Assembly: GCA_010093745.1 (NCBI GenBank)
Contig: MU005962.1
Coordinates: 1 to 64,000 of the forward strand
Length of the DNA stretch: 64,000 nt
Origin: Piedraia hortae CBS 480.64
Lineage: Eukaryota
Direction of reading: 5' to 3'
This document shows positions 1-11,629 of this stretch, in pieces. The translations under genes were made by a program, and so were the position numbers. Numbering within the stretch: the first letter of the stretch is position 1; each line of letters starts with the position of its first letter. The notes beneath the pieces are model-generated. The model saw only the letters and a program-made list of their open reading frames with translations, did not search any database and was not told the DNA's origin.

Positions 1-859
1 AGAGATTTGTATGCAGGTACACATCTGCTCACAATTATAATAAGATTCGCCGTCCAGGATGGCAGTTGCGGACGAATCTTGTCCATATTTGAGATTTTCG
101 GCCGTCAGCTGAGACACAACTTATCAGCGCTCTGGGATTGTGGCCAAGGGAGAATAAGATCTTGCCATACGACGGCGGAGCTCATCTCTGGCACCTGGTC
201 GAAGATTAGTAAAGCCTTGGTGAAGATAGTCATGGTATCGTTACGCGGGCTTTGATCCCCCCCGGAGGGCTTCCCACAGCCTCGCGAGACCTGGTTTAAG
301 GCACTGCCAGAAACCTCTAGACCTGAAAGGTCTGGAGGTTTGGGGCCGGTCGCGCACGAGCGCATGGTAATAGCGGGGGTGAATGACTTGCAGAAAGGAG
401 AAAGGCATTGGGACGATGCGGGTGGGTGGAGAGGAGGGAAGACATCTTTGGTGAGAAGAGAGGATGGTCGTTCAATGGGCTTAAATGGTGGTTAAACACG
501 CTAGACAAATGCAGTCGTGGAGAGTAAGTCGCGTTGATAAGGTGTGGCACTTTGGAGGGAAGGAAAACTGTCGGACGAGAAATTGTGATTGCAAAAGGAA
601 GCTGAAGTAGTAGATATTGTTGAGAATGCGGGTCGCGCTAGGCCTGCAGGATGAGCAGGGCGAGCAAGGACGGAAGGTGAGGTGAGCCTCAAAGAGAGTA
701 GAGTTTGGAAATCACAACGAACAAGGAAGGCACTGTACGGGACGAAGAATTAATGCATAGCATCATTGTACACCGCCCAGGTTACCAAACTGCTACATCT
801 CATAAGGTAGTCGTAACGATTCTTCTAATGTAGCCGAGATTAATTTACTATGTTCTGAT

Positions 860-2767
860 TTCCAGACCAAAGGGGGCTCCGGTAAAGTCGGCTCCAAGCT
901 ATTTCTCACGAGTCCGAAACCTTTATCGGTCACACTTTGCAACAAAGCCAACCGCTACAGATTGAAAATGTACCCAAGTTAACCACGTGACCAGTTTTGA
1001 ATCTAGCGACTGGTGTCCCTCTAAAACCACTTTTGCTATCGCTTCTTCCAGTCAACCATTTGAGCAGCGGTCGGGTTTGAATGAAAGACTAGTCAAGTCT
1101 GCATCTGGCTGCCGAGCCAACAGTCAACCAAGCAAACTCATTCTCAAATACCCAAATCACGTTTCCTAGACTTCGGTCTTTTCGGTGCTCGCGGTGGAAA
1201 TCCATTGTAGCCTTTTACTCAACTTAAACGGGAGCAAAGTTTTTCCAGTCTCGCCTTCAACATTGGACACGTAGGCCAGAAGAAACTAAGTCCCTTGGTC
1301 CAGAAAACGGTTGACAACCTGCGAACCTGATGACATTTATCGTTGATGCCTTCATTATTTGACAATCTATGTATCGATTGGTGGTTGTGCAGAGCTTGGG
1401 AAGCCAGACTTGTCTCGATGGTCAAGAGGACAAAGAACTGGTGTGTTAACTATATGCCCATGCCCCAATAACAAGTTTTATCAGCCGTGATGGTTATACA
1501 AATCTCCAACACGGACATGAATCGGACAGTCAACACGGAGCGGAACGATTCAATCGTAGCAGATCCGCAAATTTCGTCCACTCAATCAATAACTTTACCA
1601 GCACTTCTCTTTAAACAACTGGCTCAGTCTAAGCACTCATCGGTATATGTACCATCCATAACCCTTGATCCGTCACGTACGGCCATAGGTTGCAGAAAAC
1701 AGAGGATCCCGTCCGCTCTCCTGAACTTAAGCTGCAAACCGGCGGATTAGTACTACGGTGGGTGACCACGTGGGAATCCCCGCTGCTGTACGTTTTGTTT
1801 TTCTTTTTTGCACCTTTGTCTGATTTTCACAAGGCGTCTCTCACGGATTATAATCCTAACGTGTTGATTGACGTATGGAAAAACGACGGTGTATCCTTTC
1901 TCATTGTTCTTTCTGCCTTCACGGGCGTACGCCCTCATTGCCCTCTAACGCAAGATATAGAACGGGGAAAAAGAGCTACATGCAGGGGAAAAGTCCACGA
2001 GCTTGTACCGCTCTAAAAGGATGACGGATGGGGATAGTTACTAGTTCTAAGAACCAGTAGGAGAGCTGGAAGGGACACAAAATTGAAGCATTCGGAGAGA
2101 GAAAATAAAACACTGCTTGCGGTTCGTAAGACGGTCAGATCTGGGCTATTGATCTGGAACGTGGAGTTCTGCGAGAAGAATTCACGGGTCATACGGAAAA
2201 AAAATCTGCGATATAGCGATTTCTCCAGATGGGCAGAACTTTGCATCGGCATGATTGGATAAGACAATAAGGATCTGGGGACCGAAGTCACAAACCCCGC
2301 TGGTACTGAGCTCTGAAAACGGTGTGTCTGAGGCATGTTGCTCCGCAAACGGCTGGATGTTTTACATTGGTGACAGCATGGATAACATATGTGAATGAGA
2401 CATTGAAAAGACGAGCATTGTGCGCACACTCGCTGGGGGCCTCTATGGTGGTTCAATACTTATCGATGGTCGCTTTGTGTCGTCAAGGTTCATGCCTGTT
2501 GTGGACAGGTTAGTAGCCAACGAAGCCACCCAGCCCCAAATGCAGGCAGACCCTTCGGCATCAACGAAGTCCACTTCGATGTTCGAAAGCCGACAAATCT
2601 GGGCCTTAGACCCTTCTAAACAGTGGATCATTGTCAATGGTCGGAAGATGTTCAAACGCCCTGATCAGCTGCAAATATCTGGTTGGTTCTCGTGCGGTCG
2701 AACGATGGCTTTTATCAACAAAGAGACTGGTTTTACTGTTTTATATTTCACGGGCAAAGACTTTTGA
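860..2767 (+). pseudogene. Degenerate WD40-repeat gene whose C-terminus resembles the tail of fungal NACHT-WD40 (HET-E-like) proteins
   Basis: Frameshifted WD motifs: ELEGH..ACGS*DGQIW (~2060-2145), FTGHTEK-ICDIA-SPDGQNFASA*LDKTIRIW (~2180-2280), GQRTGVLTICPCPNNKF (~1428-1480); tail IWALDPSKQWIIVNGRKMFKRPDQLQ..TMAFINKETGFTVLYF* (2420-2767). Many stops and frameshifts; no NACHT domain seen. Confidence 0.6.
1581..2114 (+). repeat. Near-identical direct repeat of 30464-30996
   Basis: By-eye alignment shows only about a dozen differences, mostly transitions, over ~530 bp; ORFs 1690..2016 and 30572..30760 begin identically. Confidence 0.95.
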
Positions 2768-3274
2768 ATAAAATTGCACTTGTTCAAATCTGCAACGGTC
2801 CCAATTCCTTTTCTGAGCGATAAAATGAGTCAGTGTCGCTTCGAAGTTTCTTCCTTGAACCTGTCGTTAGGGTCTTTGCGAGGAGAACTGCAATGCAATG
2901 CGCGCTAAGATCATCGCAGTCAGATCATATGAAAAAGGGTCTTGTGGAATTTCTTCCCAGGTAGAGGAAGATACTAGTCCACTGCTGCGTTGCGATGTGA
3001 CAGTCTCCACGCTCCGTGGCAGTGATGGCTAGACGTGTGCTGGATCGGTGGGTTGGCAAGCGAGCGATGGTTCTAAGACGGGGGGAATGTAGTTTCTAGG
3101 CCGTGGTGGAGCGTGGGCTGGGCAGGTTGAGTAGAGACGTGGGACTGCGAAGAGGGTAGGTTTGCGAAGCAAATTAAGATTGTCGTTTGGTATGAGGGGA
3201 TCCACTGGACGTTGCGCCTTTGTCGTCTGTGGAGGTGGATGGACATGTTTTGTGTAAAGGTGGGTGCGCCGGGA

Positions 3275-4702
3275 TGTTGGCATGAAGTCTCGTTGCTATC
3301 AGTGTATGATGCCACTGCGCGACACCTCTTACACCAGCAGCTGCACCCTAGGTTTTGTCCTCACAGAGTTTTCCCTCAGGGTCATGTCGCATGCGACATG
3401 GTGAATGCGCCCTGCTACTGTTTGAGGTGAGTCATGGAGTAAGACTGCATGCTGACAGTCTTACTGCATGTATAACCACTTGCTCACGGTCATACAATTG
3501 ATGACTCTTCATACGAGGCTACGCACGAGCCTTCCAGCCCAGGATATGTTCTCTGATGTTCCCTCGAAGACATACTTGTATTCACTCATAAAACACATCT
3601 CTACTTTCCATCCATCGTTCTCACTCGTACATACTATCTGTCTTTTCACGGGATTCGATGTTCATTTCCCGTGATCGGCATTTGCGCAAGGATTTAGAGA
3701 GATTTGTGGTGATGAGCTCTGTCTGGAATTTCACATCTGAACGCCATACAGTTTCCGGAACCTTAGTTGATGGAGCTTGGACATTTGTCCTTTAGGGGAG
3801 TGTTGAATCAAAGCTTTACGGACGGGATACAGATATTACGTAGCGTTCGCATGACTAGTTCTTCAAACTTTAATTCAAAAATCGTGGTGTACGAATGACA
3901 AACAGCGAACGAATTGATGCGCCTTCCAACGCTATACATAAGGTGGTCGGTCTAGGCCTTGTCAAACTCGAGTACATTGTGAGCAGTTTTTGTATACTTG
4001 ACGATATCACCACACATAAGACAGTACAGCGATCGGCTTGAGGGTTGAGCAGTGTGGCATGACACCGTGAAACTCTTCAGCCGAGTGCAGCATTTCCTCG
4101 ATTGATTAAACAGAATCCGTGCTTCATGGACTCTAGAAGCAATTTTTCCACCTTTTCCTTTCTATCCCTCTTCTTTCCACATGGTGACTAAAGCTTCCTT
4201 GAACTTATTTGAAGGGAGAAAAACGCACATTATCACTTCCGGTGTCGCATGTCAAAGCAGATGTCGTAGAATTGCATGATTCGTAGGTAGGATAATAGTA
4301 CTTGCGGTCCATCGCCACGCTAAGGTAACACTATCATCTTGTAGATATTTAGCTCTCGTGGGTGAGAGTGCACAGCGACCCGAAGAGGGCGGAGCGATAG
4401 ACGGAATCAGGGACAGGAAAGATGTAGATGTATGTAAGTCAAAATACCAGTTGCAGTATGGTAGTGTGAATGACTATGTGTCTCTATAAGGGGACGTCCA
4501 GAATGAAAATTCTGTTCCGGTGGGCCGGTGACGTCACGTCGTACACTAGCGGGGCGTATTCACCATGTCACATATGACATGACCCTGAGGGAAAACCTCT
4601 GTGAGGCAAAAACCTAGGGTGCAGCTGGTAGTGTAGGAGGTATCGCTGACTTGCTATGCAAGTGCCCTGCATACGCGCTAGCGGCGATGCTTGAATCCAA
4701 CA
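3275..4702. mobile_element. Non-autonomous long-TIR DNA element, TGTTGG...CCAACA (Ginger-like candidate)
   Basis: Imperfect inverted repeats 3275-3421 and 4543-4702 (core CAGCTGCACCCTAGGTTTT..CCTCACAGAG.TTTTCCCTCAGGGTCATGTC); minus-strand interior has KSFTVSCHTAQ and NPQADRCT, weakly like Gypsy-type integrase motifs; no clear TSD. Confidence 0.7.
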
Positions 4703-5490
4703 CATCTAAATCCTCATATGTATGGATACTTCTTCCAGCCAGACACTTGTACAATTAACGGTGTCAGATTTGCATTGACATATCATCTATTGTGAAACCA
4801 GGAACGAAGCAGACACTTATCTCATTCGCCTCTTCCCTAATCTCAGAAGAATCAGGAGAGGGTATTTTGGAAGTAACGATTAACAAATCAATCAAGTTGG
4901 TGTCGTCGCGCAGCCGTGACTGGTCCATCAGATCATGGCCTGCCTTCAGCGTCCTGTAAGCACGATTCAAGCCTGTGAGCCCGTGATTCAGGTCGAATAA
5001 CATTGATTCCTCAAATCAAGGGCGTCTGCAGTGAGATCTTCTATGAGGAAGAGAGATCCTCAGGAGTAAGAGAGAGAAAAGCACAACCAAGGCGATGCCT
5101 CCGATCCACAGGGGATCGGTCCCTATCTAATTGAAAGTATATACCAAACAGAACGAAAGGTGCGATGCCTGCATCGCGTCGGCGGACGAAACGTGGGGAG
5201 ACAAGGATGTCCCTGCCATCAATGTCATAGGCTCCGACAGTCACCGTCCTATCTTCCAGCGGATATCCAGACAAGCCGCCTCAATGAGGCTTAATAGCTA
5301 GGTGGAGACAGATATCTTGACTATGCTCCCAGCACGATTGTTCTTGAAACTAATTGTCGAGCTGCGGAGACTACCGTCCGCCGTCCAGCACGATGAGATG
5401 GGTGTCTTGGGTGGACTTTGTCCGCACTTGGTCTTCGCATATGAGACAAAGGTGTTATCATGGCACTGAATGACACGACTAGGAAGTCAC

Positions 5491-6155
5491 ATGGTGCGGC
5501 TCACCTAGTCGATGCAACCAGCCCCTTTTCGCCTATAACCTCACAACAAAAGGCCCTCGTCAATCAGTAGTCTAACAGTACGAAGTATTCTTCCGATAAT
5601 GCTAAATAGAATGAACATATTCATCGCATCGCATATGCAGAGTTGGAAAAGATCATTCGAAAACAAGGCGTTTGACGGACTTCGGACCCGTTCCGTCTGG
5701 CTTTGAAAGCTGCTATGTGTGTGTATTCTGTTTCACGATAATAGACGCGTAAATACGTACACATGGATGATAAATTCTGTCGGAAATGGCCCGCAGTGCC
5801 TCAATGTCAGGATCTCAGTCACACCTCCAATCATGTGGCCTCGTCACGGCCCGTAAAATACTACAACATCGAGACACTTGCCCTTTTGGTCTTCACGCGT
5901 TGTACTAGTCTTTTAGCCAGTATAGAGTAGCGCACACCGCTTAGCTCCGTCCCTTGTGCCTTCCGGCCTCTCAGGCCTGGCATCAAGCCACTTTTTTCCG
6001 AATGATGTCCTTCAACGCTTCGTATGCGGTGTAATGAAATCCTATTCGGCGCTATCAGGGGTACCTGTTGTACTGTCGAATTCTTAATTAATGGTTTGGT
6101 TGTGAAGTTATGGGCAAAAACGGGTCAGTTGCATCGACTAGGTGAGCCGCACCAT
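5491..6155. mobile_element. MITE / internally deleted Tc1-mariner-like element
   Basis: Perfect 28-bp inverted repeats ATGGTGCGGCTCACCTAGTCGATGCAAC (5491-5518) and GTTGCATCGACTAGGTGAGCCGCACCAT (6128-6155). If the termini are TGG...CCA, the right flank is TA and the left CA (mutated TA). No intact ORF. Confidence 0.8.
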
Positions 6156-6646
6156 AGATTAAGTTAGTGAGGTGATTCTCGCTAAAAGGGGGCACCGGCA
6201 ATGTTACACAAGTGCGTCATGCTGCAGAGTAAACCTCTTGTCTGTTTCGAATACCAGCCGTCAGCTGAGTAGTCTACCTAGCCGCGGGGATGGGGTGTTT
6301 GTAGCCAATGAGAAGCCGCTTATACGTTACTAAATAAATTAGCCACGTAAAATATCAAGTAGGAAATATTACCCCTAAGCGATGGCAGTCACTAGTAAAT
6401 CTAGTAGATAATAGAGTTAGCACCTGAGATCATTAGCGTTTGAAAAGATCATATTTGCTGAGGGTTGATTTAGAGGATTAGGTAGTCTAGAACAATGTAG
6501 ACCTTGTTTCTTTAGCCACAAACCGGTAGCTGATCCCGTGCAGTGACTGTTTGATATAGTAGTTTATCTGGGGCTAGAAGAGATAGCGACTACATGAGCA
6601 GGCAGTGGCTTTTCGAGATAGTGTCAAATTTGCGGCTAGTCAGGAC

Positions 6647-6725
6647 AGCGGCTAATGACGACTTAACGGCTAATTACGACTTAGTGGCTAATTACAACCA
6701 AGCGGCTAGGTACGACTAAGTGGCT
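6647..6725. repeat. Subterminal tandem repeat, ~18-bp unit GCGGCTAATTACGACTTA, ~4 copies
   Basis: AGCGGCTAATGACGACTT AACGGCTAATTACGACTT AGTGGCTAATTACAACCA AGCGGCTAGGTACGACTA AGTGGCT; shares the TAGCCGC core with the TIR. Confidence 0.8.
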
Positions 6726-7548
6726 GCACACGGCTTTGCTGTTCCAGGTCGGCTCCCAGAATATACGTTCTAAAAAACTTGTTGAGGGGAATTGGAGATA
6801 TATAATTAGCAAATATAGCACTCTCTAGCTGCGGCTATGCAGCCACTATTCCGTGGTTGTCGCCGAGAGGCCGCCAATAAGCCATAAGAGGTCCTGACTT
6901 GCCTTGAAGGACATCCAGCCCCATCATCATCCAACGAAAGTCCAGTTCGTCGGGGAAGAGGTATTCCTTGAACAGCACCAAGTCAGATAAAGTGAGCCTC
7001 CAAAGCTCTATGCACCCAGGCTGCGGGACCTGCAGCTTTCAGAAACAAGGTATAACAATAGCTAGTGGATGTAAGCTGATGTCAATTAGAACTCAGGGTG
7101 TCATACCTCGAATTTGAGAATATGCTGAGTAGGGCAAGCACAAACGGCTGAGATGTCAGCATGCACGCAAAGCGATGCGGTGGCCGATTGGATTCATCTG
7201 CGTACAAGTTAGAATGATGTTGCCACAAATACAAGCTGGCATACTGTTCACTGGACTCTATTTGAGTCCGAGATCGAGAGCCATATCTTTGCGAAGTTTC
7301 CATGGGAAATGTTCAAATAAGGAGCCAGTGTGCAACAGCGGAGAATCTATTTCAGACCTTGCCGGAATTGATTTCGCTTGAGATGATCCTGGTTCGGCGG
7401 TGCATATCGCCTTCCCTCGTAAGCCGACCACACTTCATCAACGAGAGAAACGAGTAGCAACAGAAGCATCCAAGCCCAGAGCTCCAGCATGCAGATTCAA
7501 TGACGACCTTTAAATACGGCTCAATATTCCTAATCCGTTATTTTATCA

Positions 7549-10500
7549 TTATATGAACTGGATGTTCCAATCTACATGCAATAAATCCGACGAGTCTGCC
7601 TGTTCCTCCATCGCTCCACTGACATCATCCATTGCAATGGGTATGGTGTAAAGCCGCTTGCTGTGGGACGCCGGCAAACCAATGATCCGAGCCTCCATGG
7701 CCACGAGTTGGCGTATTGGGCAGCCAGTAATCGGGTCCAACTGCCCGCAGGGATGAGACACTGTATCAATGACGCGGAGGAAAATTCTGGCGTCTCCACC
7801 GGGATCCCGGTAGGTGAAGATCCTCTCCACCTTGCCGATCTGATCGTGGTGGAAGCGAACAAACTTACCACGGTTCAGCGTTACACGTTGCTCGAACACC
7901 CTAGAGAGTTATTAGTACTCCACATTGACATCCCCCCCAACAGCATACACTTACGGATCGGTGAAAGACGTCTGCTTGTACCAGTGTATAATGCTGCCAG
8001 TCGTCATCGTGCCAATTCCAATGTCGATGCCGTAATTCCCTCGGTAGGCTTTGCAAGGCGGAGCTTGAAGTCGGCAGGCATCTTGGAGTCTTTGACCGGT
8101 AGTTTGATGCTCGCGCAGAATTCTTGCTGGAGGAGGTCGGAGACCGCGGGCCGCAAATGGGTAGCCACCTCCCTACAATACACCATCTGCTCCAGATTGT
8201 GCGTCAGTAGCTGCTCCGATTTAGGCAGCATCTTCCGGAACAGATCTGGCACGTCCTAGTGCAGCTGGCGAGCCATGGCGGTGAGCTCGGAGCGCTCGCT
8301 CGCTAAGGATCCACCCAAAACGTGCCGCATCGTCATCCCAACTTGCATTCGCACGAGCAAGCCCCTCTCAGGACGCAGAAAGTTGGTGGCCTGGACGAGG
8401 TGTTTAAAATCCATAGAACCATTAGTCAAGAAGCCTTTTGCGATGGAAAAAAGGGGAGCCAACCGGTGCTTATCTTCACCCATCAGGGCGTTGCAAAGCC
8501 AGACAGAGCCATATTCGGCCGCTTGCTCGGCATAGTGCAACCCGATGTGCACATTTGGACGCTGGACGATTCCATGCCATTCCTTTGAACGTAGAGTGCT
8601 GGGGCTGGTTCCCTGGACAGTCGTAGACTCGCGGGAGCGGGGGTTTCGAAGGGACGCCAAGGCGGCGACTTCAGCGATGGCTTGAAAGAAGCCCCGACTC
8701 TCCAGGATCTTGTCGTGTAGCTGGGCCAAGTCCCAGCGCGCAATTTGTATGACATCAGCTTAACATTGGTATCGGCAACAGCGGAAAAAATGTATGTATT
8801 CATCATTGAAACAGTAAGGGCTCCGGGTGCCAACCCGATTTTCCGCTCGATGACACGCATCTGCCCGCCGAACTACTATATCAAGGGTCAGCATTTGCTT
8901 CTGGGTGCCAGCTTTGCACACGTACCTCTTTCATGGCCTCGGCGAAATGCGGCAGGATATGCTCGTCCCTGAGCCAGACCCGCAGAAGGGCAAGCGCAAC
9001 GATCGACCAGCGACCGTGCTCTAACAACGAGTAGTGTCCGAGATATCGCACCGGATTTTGGAACTTGATCCACCCCGGAGGGAAGGTGACCTTCCCAAGG
9101 CGGTCCTTGTATTCCGCGAGGGCTGATGGGATGAGGGCGCACTCCTTGAGCAGATGATGCATGAGGTTGGAGATGCCATTCAGCTCGGAATGGGCAGGGT
9201 CGGCCGGCGTGGCGAGGTGCAAGTCCAACGCCGGCGCGAGACGAGACAGAGGGACATCGTCGTCGTCGCACAGTCCCGTATATTTACGATACTTCTGGCT
9301 TTAGGACTTCGTTGGCAGGGACCGCATGTGTGCTCGCATGGCCTTAATCTCGTAATGGCATCGTGGACGAGCTGTGGTGTTTAGCCCGCGGTTGCCGTCT
9401 TTGGTGCTGGCAAAACACTGTCGGCAGCCGTAGATTGCATTGTGGGAGAGCATATCGCAGTTCTTCTGTTGCTGCGGAGTGTCTCCAAGAAACGCAAAAA
9501 CAAAAGCGAATACCGTCGTTTCCTGGCCGATGTTCAGCGTGCCGCCTTCTTCAAACTTGCTCAGGGCCGGTCCGATCGCGTCAACGACATCCTTCAGACT
9601 AGAACCAAGAGGGCCCATAGTTAGGGGAGTGACGTTTGTGCGGCGGTTCCGCTCCACCGTCCCAAGGCTCGCGTTCATCAAATAATACGCCAGTAAAGAC
9701 CGACGCACATTCCGGTATAGCCCAAAACCGTCGATGAACGCAAGCAAATGGAGGGACACGATCGGACCGGAGAGCTATTTGAGAAGCCCTTCGCGACCAT
9801 ATGTTTCCAGCTCTAGTTGGCCGCGTATCGGGTTTGTTAAGGCGAGCGGGCGCAGCTGTTCTGCTGGCTGGGGATTCGCGTTGTACACCCGCCGCACGAA
9901 GTGCTTTGCTGTGTCAAGTCCGCAAGGGAGCATCTGGGGCTTCAGCTCTTCCCTCATGCCGTACCCGTGGTGTTGGATGATGTGGTCGGCGCATGGGCAG
10001 ATGGCGGACTCTTAAATGTGACAGCTATGACCCTCCTCCAAGAAGAGCCCCTTGGAATGGGCGGGGGGTATGAAACGCGACTGAACATCTTGCGGCAGTT
10101 CAGTCTGGTGCAGGAGTTTTCGCACCTGCAGAGCAACCGATCCAGCAGGCCCTCCATGATGGCGCTCGGATCGGTAATCCAGCCCACCGCCATGACCTGA
10201 CCCAGGTGCAGCTGCGGCGAGTGCTCGCTTCGGCAAACACAACCAGAAGAGTTACACCGGAACTCAACGAAGTCGGAAGGAAAGATGGGTTGACCTGCCC
10301 TGGTATAAGCTCTGGTGTCCGGCGTCCCACCTGCCGAGGGATATCTCGCAACGTGGCCTGATGTGCGAACCGAAAAGAGCCATGCATGAGACTCCCAGGC
10401 CTCTTTTGGAGTGTCCACGAAGTGCCCAAAGCCAGTGTGCATCTTGCGCGTGACTCTTAAGACGAAAGGATGGCTTTGAAGAGGTCTGCTGGCTCGAAAA

Positions 10501-11224
10501 AGTAAATATCAGCTTCCCGTTCGGTCGCTGATGATGAAGATGCCGGCGTTTGTGTGGAATCTAGCTGGATAGTTTTCTGGCGTAGGCCCACCAGCGGCAT
10601 GATCAGGCTCAATCGCTTATGGTACTGGTCGTGTGGGACCAAAGTTGATGTATCCGGTGCGAAAAGGGCCGACCGGGGCGTCAGAGAAGGCGGCATTTTT
10701 GGCATTGCAGAAGTAAGTCCCACAGTTAATGAAGGCTCATCTTCATCGCTGTCGCTTTCCACGTCAGAATTTGAGACTGTGGGCTCATCGTCTATTGGCT
10801 CTACGACAGGGGTTTGTTCCCCAGTCCCATTTTCATCCGCTCAGCACCCCCAAAGGAAATTTGTCAACGGTTCGGCATGCTCTCTATCATCCTGGAGGAG
10901 ACGTGAAAGCTCCTGGCGCAATGCCTCTGGCTCAGAAACTTGATACGACGTTGATATCGACTGGTTTTCTTTCGCATCACCTGCATTGTCTTCCACTGGT
11001 GTATTCAACAACTCGTCGATAGGGAAAGACAGCTGCTCTTCATTCTAAGCGGGGGGTTCATTGTTCGGTGACAATGACCACTCGTCGTTGGATTGAACCG
11101 GTTGCTGTCCACCTGTAGAAGCGGGATCTTCGGAGGTGGGTAACCGCGAGTGACCTTCAAACCGTCGTCGCTTTGGCGGTCTTGGACAGTATCAGATGTT
11201 CCACAATCGCTTGTACTTGCGCAT
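7549..11224 (-). pseudogene. Disrupted CACTA/CMC-like DDE transposase
   Basis: Consecutive minus-strand fragments: MHTGFGHFVDTPKEAWESHAW; LAFIDGFGLYRN (D1); FLGDTPQQQKNCDMLSHNAIYGCRQC (D2 plus CxxC); TPADPAHSELNGI (DxxH); LMGEDKHR (E); ends LLHVDWNIQFI*. Multiple frameshifts and stops; start approximate. Confidence 0.75.
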
Positions 11225-11537
11225 ATTTGCTTGTTTCTCGTTTGACGTCTATGTGGGTAGATGAAAACTACGGATAAAACAGTTGCCAGTGTTCAAGAAA
11301 AGTTGAGGAACTGGATTCTGTTACGAATAATTGAGGAACTCGATTCACTTCATACTATGACATACCATGAAGACTGGGCAAGCGAGGCAGTCTTGAACCC
11401 TTTTGGGACGTGGGAAAGCTGCGGGGATCCCGCCTGGATATCAAACGCGCATTGGTAGAATCTCGCTTCCCCGCGTTCCGAAAGGGTTTAGCTCGGATTG
11501 CCACTGGCCAACAACTTCGCTCTCTTCATACACAAAC

Positions 11538-11609
11538 TCACCACAACCTCACCACAACCTCACCACAACCTCACCTCAACCTCACCACAACCTCACCACA
11601 ACCTCACCA
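11538..11609. repeat. Minisatellite (CTCACCACAAC)n, ~6.5 copies
   Basis: Read directly; lies just upstream of the ATG at 11630 inside the transposon. Confidence 0.9.
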
Positions 11610-11629
11610 AAACCCCAAAATAACACCAC

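Noticed and set aside
6300..6860. CRISPR-like appearance of spaced short repeats (also 13370-13880)
   Set aside because: Degenerate, irregularly spaced, eukaryotic context, no cas genes; explained as transposon subterminal repeats.
6900..7490. Possible third gene inside the large transposon
   Set aside because: Only short broken ORFs with no recognisable motif.
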